A stretch of DNA of 64,000 nucleotides from Rhizophagus irregularis. Lineage: Eukaryota. A program made the translations under genes and the position numbers. The notes beneath the pieces are model-generated. The model had not been told where the DNA came from. It saw nothing but the letters and a program-made list of their open reading frames with translations, and did not search any database. The DNA lies in the NCBI RefSeq assembly GCF_026210795.1, contig NC_089431.1, positions 1,612,001 to 1,676,000 of the forward strand. Reading direction: 5' to 3'. Below are positions 34,901 through 46,923 of the stretch, piece by piece; the first letter of the stretch is position 1; the number at the start of each line of letters is the position of its first letter.

Positions 34901-35093
34901 TGCTCCAAAGTTCTGCATCATGTTCTGATCTTATCATTTCTCTTAATGGCTGCAACAAAGATCTTTGCTGTACTGGTGACTCATTTAGTTGGGAGGATCT
35001 CATTTTTCCGTGATGTTTAGCATTGGCATGTTGTTTTAAACCGCCGTAAGTTGAAAATTCTCTTTTACAAATTTGGCATTGATATCTAACCAT
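31966..35093 (-). pseudogene. Plavaka-type transposase (multi-exon) with N-terminal C2H2 zinc finger
   Basis: CQICKREF..LKQHANAKH; YSDATTFDGLGKSSGHPVFLTLGNIP; PCHTC; PDRMHHIDLGLF; PKLHSW; ETYETLHK; LALVRWFD. Nonsense codon at 33967-33969 and a frameshift near 33755. Confidence 0.85.
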
Positions 35094-35344
35094 TTTTATT
35101 TGAAGAACAATTTATGAGGATTTATTTGCGGTATAGTAAATATTTGGTTTTATTTGTTCTTTGCTAATTTTAAGCGAATTTTAGTGATTTTATTAATGAT
35201 TATTTAATTAATGCGAAATTATGAATTTTGTGAATTTGCGAATTTTAATGAAGAATTTGATATTTCTTTCGTTTGTGTGAATTCTCAATTTTTTTTTTAT
35301 TTTTTTTATTTTTTTACATTTTTGGCGCAGGGGTTCAATCATAT

Positions 35345-35555
35345 TAATTTACAGATTTTTAATCATTCTATTTTTAAATTTTAATCATTTTAATTTGCAG
35401 ATTTCTTAATTATTTTATTTAATTTTAATCATTTTAATTTACAGATTTTTAACTATTTCTATTTTTAAATTTTAATCATTTTAATTTACAGATTTTTAAC
35501 TATTTCTATTTTTAAATTTTAATCATTTTAATTTACAGATTTTAATCATTTTAAT
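35345..35555. repeat. AT-rich tandem repeats (~47-bp unit) between the divergent genes
   Basis: Repeated ttttaaattttaatcattttaatttacagatttttaactatttcta. Confidence 0.6.
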
Positions 35556-35699
35556 TAATATTTTTACTGATAATTAAATTATTTAATTTATAGATTTTGG
35601 ATTTTTTTATCGATTTCGGTAATCAATTTTTTATTTAAATTGTTTCGTAAATTTCAAGTATATTTTTTCCTATACAATTTTCTAAATTAGTTGTTAATA

Positions 35700-37505
35700 A
35701 TGTCAACGAAAAATACTAAGAAAAAAACTGGAAAAAATGCAAAGAAAAAAACGAAAGTTTCCCATAATAGTCCGGAAAAAAAAGATGAAGCTTCTCAAAA
35801 AACTGGAAATATATTATCTCAAATTTTATCAGGTACAGTCCGTCAAGGAATTGCATTTCTTACATTAATTTAATATTATAATTAATCTTCGCTTGTTCAA
35901 TCGACACCAACAGCTGATGATGTATCATCACAAGATACAGGAAATGTTGATGATAATGCTTCAGCTTCAACATCTTATACTGAAACTCGTACTGGCCCTG
36001 ATTACGATAATATTTTAACTTCAACACCCCATACCGAAGGACCGTTCGTGTTGGTTGTTCCAGATGAAATTCTCAAGTCTTCAACATCCAATAATCCTAC
36101 AAAAAGTATCAAAAGTGGCAAGCCAAAAAAAAATCGGGGTAGATCATTAACGCCCATTGTTGGTAATAATTCAACAAGAAATCTTGAAAATTCTCCAATT
36201 AAACCCGATGATGATTCAAACCGAAGAACTTCCACACCTATCAGAGCACCCACACCTATCAGAGCTTCTACACCTATCACACCTATGCAAATTGATGACG
36301 AATATTGTAACTTCGAAGAACGTGACGAACGTTACCTTACAATCGAGAAATTCAACTATACTATGAAATTATTAGACGAAAAATCACTTCAATATATCGA
36401 TTGTGCCGACGTATTAGTGAGCAACAACGATTAGATTCTCAAACGATACAGAGACTTGTGGTGGTCGACGAGCTTTCAGATGAATTTTGGAACGTAAGTT
36501 ACTTTAATAGATTTAGCAACTTTATTTGATCTCAAGATATTTAAAAATAACTGATTATCTTTACAGAGCGCATATAAAAAGGTGTCCAAAGAACTTATTC
36601 CGAAGATCCTATTTCCCTCAGATACGGAGTACCGTGAAGCTTTAGAGAAATATCTCGCTGAACATGCTAGTCATTATATTGAAAATCTTGGAAGAAATAC
36701 GTGGGTTTCCCTATTCGAATCAAAGTTATTACCGAAGTACGTGAAATCATTAATAATAATCAATAATAATAATAATAATAATAATCTGAAATTATTTGAT
36801 TATTAAGATAAAAAACAAATGCCGAAGCAAGCGAAATGATTTAGCGGCAAATATTCGAAATACTATGTTTTCTAACTTCGGTGAGCAGAAGTTAGAATGT
36901 GTGGATAGCAGTGCGTCCTCTAAAAAGATTGCCGAATGGAAAAAAAGTGCAAAAACGCGAGAAGCATATCGAGAACTTTTCGAAAATCAAGGTATTCTCA
37001 CGAAAATAACCTCTTCTGTTTTCAAATCATACGAAGGCAGTGAGCTTCCTCCAGAACACTGGGTTTATGTACTCACCATCTGCGATATTGTCTTAAATCC
37101 CAGTAGCCCTGGGATTAAATGCAACGACAAGTTAGTTTTAAAGAGAGTTGATTTTCTTATGGTAATAATAACGTTCATCAGTACTTTGAAGTTAAAAATT
37201 TTAAAATATTTCGCAAATATTAATGTATAATCAATTATCAGCAATCGATCAAAAATAAAGTTACTGTAACTCCGCGTTTGTTGCAGGAGTTAGCGGCGAA
37301 AGAAGATTCAGAACAAAGTCCAGAGATTTCGTCTATAATCGAAGAATCGAGCGATGCTGATGATGGTAATAGTAGTAGTTACGAAGAATTAGTAAGTCAA
37401 AGTTATTATCTGGTATATAATGATTTTTACACCGCGTTAATTTATTTTACTAATCTAAATCAAAAAAATTTACAGCTCAAGAGTTTAGATTCGAAATTCT
37501 CTTAA
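35700..37505 (+). CDS. Divergent multi-exon accessory gene of Plavaka 1, unknown function; may be frameshifted
   Basis: Track ORFs 35691, 36048, 36582, 36796 and 37278 are separated by short GT-AG introns. Basic N-terminus, acidic C-terminus. Homologous to the gene at 62809-64000. Confidence 0.6.
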
Positions 37506-40219
37506 CATTCGTCGAATTTCTTCGTATTACATTAATTTTCAGAATTCGGAAATTTGTATTTGAAATTCTTCAATTTTTTTTGAATATATTTTATTAAATA
37601 AATTACATATTAAATAAATTACTATATATAAAATTGTTTGTAATAATTGTGATGATCAGTGAAATTAAATATATTTGAATTATTTCGAATATTTATTTTT
37701 TAAAAATCTTCGCAGAATTTCGTTATTTGTTTTTTTATAATCTTCGCAGAATTTCATTATTTATTTTTTAAAAATTTTCGCAGAATTTTGTTTCTTGAAA
37801 TTCTGCGCAGTTTTTGATGAATTTTTTTTTCCAAAGACTGCCGACAGGGTCGCAGATCTGCGCAAAAATGTCACCTGCAGATCTGCGCAGATCTGCACCC
37901 CAAAAAATTTCCCGATGTAACCAATAGATTAAGAAATTGAAAAAACTGGAAAAGTTAAAAAATTCGATTGGATCGATAATTTGTGTACTGTACGACGGTC
38001 ATCTAGTGTGACATAAACCCTAACCTTATTCGCGATAGTATACTTTTAATGTGATAGTTATTGATGATCACTTTCCAAATAAATGTACTTTTTCGCTTAA
38101 TTTGGTATTTGTTGTGTGATCTTCAAGTATTTTTTCAGAAATTTGGAAGTGTGCAACGTGAACTTTAGAGTTCAAATTTATATATATATAATATGCATAT
38201 TGCATATTGCATATGCATATTCGCAATTTCAATAGTAATACATTATTTAATGCTAATATTTCAAAAAATATTGCTATATGCAAATATTGCTTCTTTTGAC
38301 ATCATTAGAATAAAATCATAAATTGGGCACTTCTGTGATACTCTTATTGCTTGTTAAGTTTAATTATCAAATAATAAACTTTTGTAAAAAAAAATTTTGT
38401 TGATCATCTTTTTTCTTTGATCATCGTCAAAGAGATAAATAAAAAAAAAATTAAAAAAAATTAAAAAATGAAAAAACAATTAAATTTAATTAACATTTAA
38501 TTAAATAATGAAGTTTTTACTAAAATTTATTAAATAAAAATAATATATTGTTTTAATTATTTTATCCATTACAATATAATTTTTATATTAAAAATTAAAC
38601 CAATAATACTAGTGCATTGATCATTTCAATGATCAAAACATTGAATAATAAAAAAGCTCCGAACAGTTCCAATTTTCAATTCTTTTTTAATTGGTCAGAA
38701 TTGTTTTCACGTAATAACTCACCATCCAGTGGTCATAGAAAGACGATTAAGAGCTCATTAGAATCCTCTTATCGAGAGCTTTCAAATGATGCCAAAATCA
38801 TCATTTTAGCATCGATAGATGGCGAGTTATTTTGACACATTATCAAAAAAAATAAAAATTGGAACCATTTGGCCAGAAGCTTTAAACAATACGCAAAATA
38901 ATATTATGTACTGATTATTGACATTTACTGAACATTATTCACTCAAGAATTGCTCATTGTATTGTTCAATACTATATTATTTTTTGTAGAATTATTTTAC
39001 TTTTTATTCAATACTTATCAATTTTTAAACTTCACAAAAAATTTAATACATATTTAATCAAAGGTCATCTGATTTAACTTCAAGAAACTTTCAGTTAGTA
39101 AAGTTAATCCAAAATTAAATTTTTCATAAAATTTTATCCATTTAACTTTTATAAATCTAAATTAAATATGTGTTATATGTTCAAATAATCCAAATTTATC
39201 AGAAAATAAAAAAATTTTTTTTATTATATTTAAAAATAAAGATAATAACCAATTTTTTTTTTCAATCACTTTTCAATCACTTTTTTGTTAAAAAAAATTA
39301 ATAAATATGAAAAGTGGTTATTTTAAACAGTAAGTAAAAAAAAAATTATTATTCATAAGAAAAAATTATTTTTTATTTGTTTTAACTTCAGTTCCCTACT
39401 TTTTTTTATATAAAATATTAAAAATATAAGCTATAATATAAGATTTTTTATTTTTTTTAAGTTAATAAGATTCTAAAATTTTTTTTTTGATAAGAAATGA
39501 TAACTTTATGTTAGTTTATGCAATTAACAAGTTCATTAATATCTTGGCATTCACATATACTAATCAAATGATTTTAAACTCATTTGAAAGGTAAGAATGT
39601 ACTTTATTTTAGCATTACTAGGCATGGTGATATCAACAATCAAAGATAAAAATTAAAAAAAAATATATTGAATGCATTTGCTTAGCAACCAGTGAATCAA
39701 TTCATTTGTTTTTGGATTCATTAGATAGGTCTTAATTTTCTCTTTTGGATGAATATAAATTCATCCATTTATCTTACATAGACATCAAGTTATTTGCAAT
39801 TTTGTTCCAAGAATTTTATAATGATTATTTAAATTTTAATAATGGTGTATTAAAAAAAATATGATTAACAATTTTATTCATAGATTATTATTTTGTGCAA
39901 CCGGTAATTTGGTAAAGTTTGTTTTTTAGAATCAAAAAGTGCTAATTCCAAAAATTGGCATATATGAACAAATGATATGCTTGGGGGACGAAGTCCCCCT
40001 TATTTAAGAAATAAATAAAGTTAAAAAAATTAAAAACATATAGATGATCATGCAGATCTTGTGATAATCAATTAAAAAAGTGTTAGACGAAATTTTTTTT
40101 CAAAAATTTAAAATTTTTTCTTTTTTTATAAAAACATCATAAAATTTTTTTTACATTTTTTCTATTTGTAAGATTAAATATTTGGATATTACATAATTAC
40201 AAATTAAAATTATAAGTGT

Positions 40220-40269
40220 AGCCGTTTATGACTAAATAATATAATTATATTATTTAGTTATAAACGGCT
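40220..40269. repeat. 50-bp loopless palindrome with one mismatch, followed by CTAAATAA-type short repeats to ~40600
   Basis: AGCCGTTTATGACTAAATAATATAA|TTATATTATTTAGTTATAAACGGCT. Confidence 0.9.
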
Positions 40270-41344
40270 TAGACTAGGTTATTTAGTAATAAAATAATCT
40301 AACTATAACTAAATAATCTAAGTATGACTATAAATAATCTAAATATAACTAAATAATCTAAGTATGACTATAAATAATCTAAATATAACTAAATAATTTA
40401 AATATATCTAAATAATCTAAAGTTAATAACCTAAATATGATTAAATACTCTAACTAAATAACCTGTTTGTGACAATTTTGTATACCTAGTTATTTTTCTT
40501 ACTATATTCCTTCCCTTTGAATCCGCTTTTCTTTAGCTTTTTCCCATTTATTATTTGTGATCATGTGATTAAATAACCTAAATATTACTGTTACTAAATA
40601 ATCGAAATGTACCTATTTTTGTTTGGTTCTCTGCGCCAATAATCATTTTCTAATATAATTTATGTTATTGGGGTTCTATGGTTGATTGGTTATTAAATTC
40701 TATGTTGGAGGTCCAGCCTGTCTGCAATTATTTGGATTCTAAGTTTTATGATGAAGTTTTTGCCATTCTGCGCCTCTTTGGTTGTCTGTTAAGGATTCGA
40801 GGGTGCTTTTCTTTTTTACCTATTTTGTTATCTATCAAAATGCTGAAATATGGTAAAAAAATATCATGTTAGGTGGTGCAGTAGATCTGCGATTAATTTT
40901 GGCCAGCACTATACCATAATTTTGGCCGATCTTTTGGGCATGTGATTCAAGGATCCAGCTTAGTACCATGATGGTGACTTGATAGTGTCCTGGAACTTCT
41001 GTGAAGCTGTCATGGAACTAGTGAGGAACCATCATGGAAGTGTTATGGAATGTCAGCTTGGATGCTGACTTCTTATACCCAAAGTTCTGACCAAAATTGT
41101 GGAATAATGCTGGCCAGTACTGCGCCAGATACGTGATACTGTTCCATCACCAGAACAGCCATTCATAGTTACGGGCTAGTAACGGGAACATTTCTGGAAC
41201 ATTTTTGGAATCCAATATATATGCATTTGTATCACATATTTTTGTATCCATATATTTCTGAAATCTTCCTAGCTCCAGTCTGGCGGATGGTTGGTTAGTA
41301 AAGAATTGGAGGTGCAATATGTAAACATATTTTTGAGATGGATT

Positions 41345-41750
41345 TCGTTCTAAAAATTCCATCCTAATTGTCTAAGTTATTGGGTCAACTAGGACGGGAA
41401 CTAGGATGGGTTTTGATATAGGAGAAAAGCTTTTTTCTTTGATCTAACTTGTTCTTATATACTATGTCCTAGTTGTCATAGTTGTCCTAGTAAAAAGTAA
41501 AGTTCTAGGAAAAACCGATTTTTTATATCTTATGCATGCTATGTATGTATGTTATATATGTATGCTATATATACCTATATGTAAAAAAATAAAAAAGTCT
41601 GGGATTTTGTGTTTTTTCTAGGACAACTATGACAACTAGGACGGGTATTCAAATTCCCTTTAGTTTGATTTGACAATGCCATTTAGCTATAATTTTCCAT
41701 CCTGGTTTCCGTCCTAACTCGTCCCAGTAAACTTGGACGGATTTTTCTAG
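41345..41750. repeat. Nested inverted repeats around an AT-rich core (origin-like)
   Basis: Perfect 25-bp IR GTCCTAGTTGTCATAGTTGTCCTAG (41466-41490 / 41618-41642) inside imperfect outer IRs (41345-41415 / 41690-41750); repeated CTAGGAC motif. Confidence 0.8.
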
Positions 41751-41773
41751 TAAATCCCAAAGGGATCGTGTCA

Positions 41774-42086
41774 CTAGTGACAAGTCGTATTATTTTTGTT
41801 TATATCTAAATTACCTACCAGTATCTCTGTCGAAGCCAACTTAGCCTGCTTTTTCTGATGATAATGTTCCCTTGATCTATGTTTTTTTGCATGCGTATCG
41901 CAATAGTCATATTTGGATCTTGTATTCTCTTTACACCCGGGTTCTTTGCAAAAAACTTGCCTAGAATTCCGATGGACTTTACATTCCTTTGGATCATAGC
42001 ATCTCCGATTGCACACTTCTCCAGTCCTAAGAATATATGGACAATAATAAAAATTCTAAGGTGTCAGCTTTTTTCTGCCTCCCATT
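41774..42086 (-). pseudogene. Small Cys/His-rich zinc-finger protein, one-base frameshift near the start
   Basis: MGGRKK/ADTLEFYYCPYILRTGEVCNRRCYDPKECKVH..CKEPGC..YCDTH (two CCCH-like units). Confidence 0.55.
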
Positions 42087-42191
42087 TGTATATATCAATT
42101 AATAATGTTGAGGAATTATTTTCATTTTAAACTTTTTTCTTGCGAATAATATACCTTGAGATTTAGTATAACTATAAATCTTTCGAAAAAA

Positions 42192-45100
42192 ATGGCCGAA
42201 CATTTCGAGCTTTCAGAGTTCCTCTCCTCCGACGCCCCGCCGCCCATACTATTGTGGGTTTAAAGCCTCCGATGTAGGTTAATACCGATATAAAATTCGT
42301 GATGATAGTGTTCAGCCAAGAAATTTCCTTGGCGCAGATAACGAGGACGAAATAGAGGCCATACTTGCAGAACGTGAAGGCCATTCCTTATACGAAATCA
42401 TCGATGGTGATGAACCACTCCGCCCTATTATAGATTTTGACTTACTAGTAGAAGCATTAAATGCTATTACCCCCAAGCTTTCAAGCGGTCAGGCAAAAAA
42501 TTTACTTTGTCGCGCCTTTAGAGATACTTGCCTAGAAATATTTCCAGAATGGGATAAAGAAACTATGTCTATTGCCGAAAGTAGTGATGAGAAAAAAATA
42601 TCTCTACATATCTTAACTTTCGGCATGAGACTTCCAAATATCGCTAAGGTTTCAGCTTTCACCGAACTTGTTCGCAAGAAACTTCCAGCAGGATTACAGA
42701 AAAAAGGGATAATTGATAATATAGCAAATATAGGTTCTTTCAAATCTTTCTCCTTACGGATGCTTGGAACGCCCAAATATGATAAAAAAATAGACAAACA
42801 TATTCGTATAAAAAAAGTTATTCGTCCAAAAGATGGATCTATCTTTGACTTTATAATTCGTCCACCCAATGATGATTCTAGAGTCATTGACAGTCCTCTT
42901 TTGGTTGTTCCAGAGTCAGAAGTTAACAGATGTTCGAAGGAAAATAATGATACAAGTAGCGAAACTACCCAGGCTGATTTCGATTTTGTGGAATCGTTAC
43001 TTGGGGGAAACAGTATCGAAGGGTATACTCTCTCATTCCCCTCAGATAACATTCCAGACTTGTTTCCATTAACTCGCAACTCCCCATCACATTGCCCAAT
43101 ATGTGATCGGGAACATGAAAGTGATAACGGATATATCTTACGAAATAAAAAAATATATAGATTTTATTGTCATCGTGCAAACCACGAAAGAGAACCTGGA
43201 ACTAGAAATCCCTCAGTAAAGCTTACCATTAGTGAAACTGCTTTGCAACGGGAACAAAAGCTTCCGAGTCCTATAAAACAAGACCGAAGCAGAATTTCAA
43301 ACCCAAAAGACCATTTCGTATGGTGGATTTAATACGTATGTGTACTTCGGGTAAGAAATTCTCCCGTGCTGAAGATTATGAAGCAATCCAATCAACCGTT
43401 GCTTATATTCAAAAGAAAATACCAATCTGAATATTAAAACATAAGGATCCAGAAAATGGGCTTTACTTCGATATGGGAGCTGAGCTAAAGCTTGCCAAGT
43501 TTGAGATTAAAATAATCGAATATGGGGGTGAATCGGTAAAGTTAAAATCATTAATAGACCAGGCAGTTATTAAAGGTCTAATTGTTTACGAAGATTATGA
43601 CTTCCTCCCATATCCCATAAGCGTTCCTCAACCAGATTCAGATTTCTTTAACCTTTTCCTAGGATTTTTAGCTAAGCCAGGGACAAAGGTTAATAAAGAA
43701 ATTATGGATCCGATTCTCTGGCATGTAAAGAATATAATTTGCAATGGGGATGAAAAACTCAATAAATATATCTGGAACTGGTGGGCATATTTGGTTCAGA
43801 AGCCAGAAAAGAAGCCTCGAACAATCTTAGTACTAAAATCCACTTTACAACAGTGCGGAAAAAATATTATCACTGATTTTATTGGTGATAAAGTTCTAGG
43901 AGAGCATCTTCATTATGCAGGATCGGATTTGGAAAAAATGCTTGGGCACTTTAATAGCGTCATCAGGACCCCGAAGAATACATATAATACTGGGATCCAA
44001 TTTTGTATAAACTTACTATGTAATTTCTTAATAAGTCATATGTTTGAAATTGTATAACCAAATAGCAGTTATGCAAAAAGTCAGATTTTTATTTGTATAA
44101 CAATAATGATTTTTACAATAAGTAAGATTTTCATTTTGTATAACGGATATTAGAATTTTTTTTTATATACGTTTAAAATTTTTTAAAGTTTTTTTTTATT
44201 TTTTGTTTAAGAAATTTTTAAGATATTTTTTAATAAAGAGTTTTTTTATTTGTTTTAAAAAACACTTGAAATATTTTTTAATAGAAATTGTTTTTTGTTT
44301 AAGAAGTTTTTAAGGGTTCGTTTAAAGACATTTTTTTAATAAAAATGAAGAAATTTTTTTAAAATTCATTTACAAAATTAAAAAAAAATACATTTTATTA
44401 TATATCTCAGCATCCAGTGATCATAGAGAAATGAAACACAGCTTATTAGAATCGTCTCAATACGATGAGTCGAATGGTGGTAGCTTCATATTTCTAGGCG
44501 CGATAGATGCCGAGTTATGTGATAAAATGTAAAAATGCACAGTAGACGAAAATACAAAGTGCCGATGTGTGGTATAGCTCATCATCTATCACACCTAGAA
44601 ACACGAAACTACTACCATTCGATTCGTCTTGTCAAGACGAATCCAACGAGCTGTGTTTCATCTTTTTACGATCACTGGGTGGTGAGATATATAACAAAAT
44701 GTATTTTCTTTTATTTTGTAGTATACACCCAAATTTTTGCATAAAACTTACTATATTATACATATTGGGCATCAATATCTATCGGGTATTTAAAATTTTA
44801 ACATGCAATTTTGTTTAAAAATTTTATTTAAGTTATTTTTTAATAATTTTTTTTAATAATTTTTTTTAAAAAAATTTTTTAAGTATTTGTTAGAATTTTT
44901 AAATAGTTTTTAATAATATTTATTAAAATTTTCAATAAAATTTATTTGAAATTTTTCTTTAAAAATTTTTTTTTTATATAAACTCAGATTTATAATTGTA
45001 TAATTTATAATAAAATTTGAACTTATGTGATGATTTTGTATAAAGCTTCTAATAAAATTAGGCATATAAAGTTATATTAAAATTTTGGGTCTGGATCTGA

Positions 45101-46529
45101 GTTGTATATGTATTCTTCGGGGTCCTGCGTCATCCAAGCTCGAAAACTTATTGTTATGAATGAGACTGGGATGTCTAGTGGAGAATGGCATAGATTTAAT
45201 GGGCATCTTAAATCTCTTATAACAGAAGGGAAGGTATCCATAGAACGCAAAGGTCTTGAAACTAAGAGATTAAAAGATTTTGCCAGATATATGGTTACAA
45301 GCAATCAGGACGCCCCACTCAAAATAGATATAGGAGATTCCCGTGTAGTTTGTTTTAATGTCTCTACATGCTGTAGAGGAAATACAAAGTATTTCAAAAG
45401 ACTAGGAAATATACTTGACCATTCTGATGCGCCTGGCGTAGTTATGAAATATCTTCTTAGTCTAGATATCTCAGATTTTGATCCACAAGAAATTCCTGCA
45501 ACTAAAATGAAAGTAGATATAATGCGCGACCAGCTTCCTAATCCCATTTGATTTTTAATTGATCATATTACATCTTGGGTTGAGGATAAAGTAGCCAACC
45601 CAAGTCGTACATCATTGTATCAGAATTATCTTGAATGGTGTGGAGAAAACGGTGAAAAGATATTCCCTAACAACATTTTCGGTAAGAAGTTATTAGAGAA
45701 AAATATTATTGAATGCAAGAGAGCAAGTAGTGGAATAAGAGAATGGCAATATATTCTCGACCGCTCCAAGATCGTAGCTAAGCTCCGTGAATCTGGCCTA
45801 GGTGATATGGAAGAATTTTCCGATATACCTCAAGACGACTTGCCCGAAAATGAGACTACAGACATACCCATATTCAATGTGCCAGAAACGGTCCTAGAGG
45901 GACCAACTATTCCACAGAAAATAATCCCACCTCAGCCAGAGCGCCATAACAGAGTAGCCGATAGAAAGAATAAGCCTTCACCTAATACCAGTAAAGATAA
46001 GAAGGCCAGTAATCAGGATGATTCGACTCAGGCACTTTTCGACTATATGGCAGAAGATACACGTGCTCCGGTCGCCCCAACATCTGGTACATCCGAGACT
46101 TCTAAAAGACCTGAACCAGTAATCGATGAACCAGAGACTTGTAAGTCACCCAAATCTATTAAATCTAGTAACGAAGTATTATCTACCATACTTCTGGCTA
46201 GACAAGAGCGAGAAGAGTGCCTCAGGAAATGGGCTATTGATTATGGCCAAGATCCAGACGTATTCGTGACCATCACAGAAAAAGATATCAGACTATCTCA
46301 TGAATATAGGGACAGAATGATGTCGGACGCAGATGCCATCGATTTCGCGAAAGAAGACGGTATGAATGTAAACGATATATTTTATATGTCTAGGAGAGAA
46401 AGGCTAATAAGTGAAGAAATATATCTCTGCAACTTCGAGAATGCATGTAAGCTCCGGACATATGTTTATGATGATGAGGAGTGGCAAAAGGGTATTAGCA
46501 TACTTCAAGAGAACGGTCACCTATGGTAG
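42192..46529 (+). pseudogene. AEP primase-polymerase + zinc finger + SF3 (D5-like) helicase fusion, disrupted by frameshifts, stops and a MITE
   Basis: YEIIDGDEPLRPIIDFD (motif I), ISLH (II), IIDN (III), SLRMLGTPK; CPICDREH..DN..YCH zinc finger; FNLFLGF, QQCGKN (Walker A), LIVMNE (Walker B), MVTSN (motif C); LYQNYLEWC wHTH-like tail. Confidence 0.85.
43964..45127. mobile_element. Non-autonomous TIR (foldback-like) element inserted in the helicase
   Basis: TIRs CAGGACCCCGAAGAATACATAT / ATATGTATTCTTCGGGGTCCTG. TSD is CGTCAT (6 bp) or GCGTCATC (8 bp, if the ends are AGG/CCT). Removal restores HFNSVIQARKLIVMNE. Confidence 0.9.
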
Positions 46530-46923
46530 GTTTGATATCGACAAGAAATGACAAAAAATATAAGTATACTCAGCGCAAGCGCAGAGAATGGTATGCTTTG
46601 GTAAAGAGTGAATAGAAGTGGGTTATGAAATATTAGTAGGGATGGGACTTTTGTTCTTTACAATTAGGCAATATAAAATCCCAAATTATTATTATTTTTT
46701 TCGCATATCCTATCTACCCGCAATTTTCAAATATATATAAAAGATATTCTGGCCGGAGCTTGTGACCTCATAGAGAGCCCGCAATAAGTTATAATATTCT
46801 TTTTGCCTACCGACCATGGATGTCAGAATAATTATTTATTTTTTCGAATTGAACTTTCTCCGCATAGTATATACCAAACAACCTAGGTATAATCAAATAT
46901 CTTACATATTACCAAATAATAAC

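Larger units (their letters stand above)
31437..37917. mobile_element. Plavaka / CMC-like DNA transposon 1, complete (6.5 kb)
   Basis: TIRs CATCGGGAAATTTTTTGGGGTGCAGA / TCTGCACCCCAAAAAATTTCCCGATG flanked by TA; subterminal GCAGA/CTGCG repeats; internal transposase. Confidence 0.85.
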
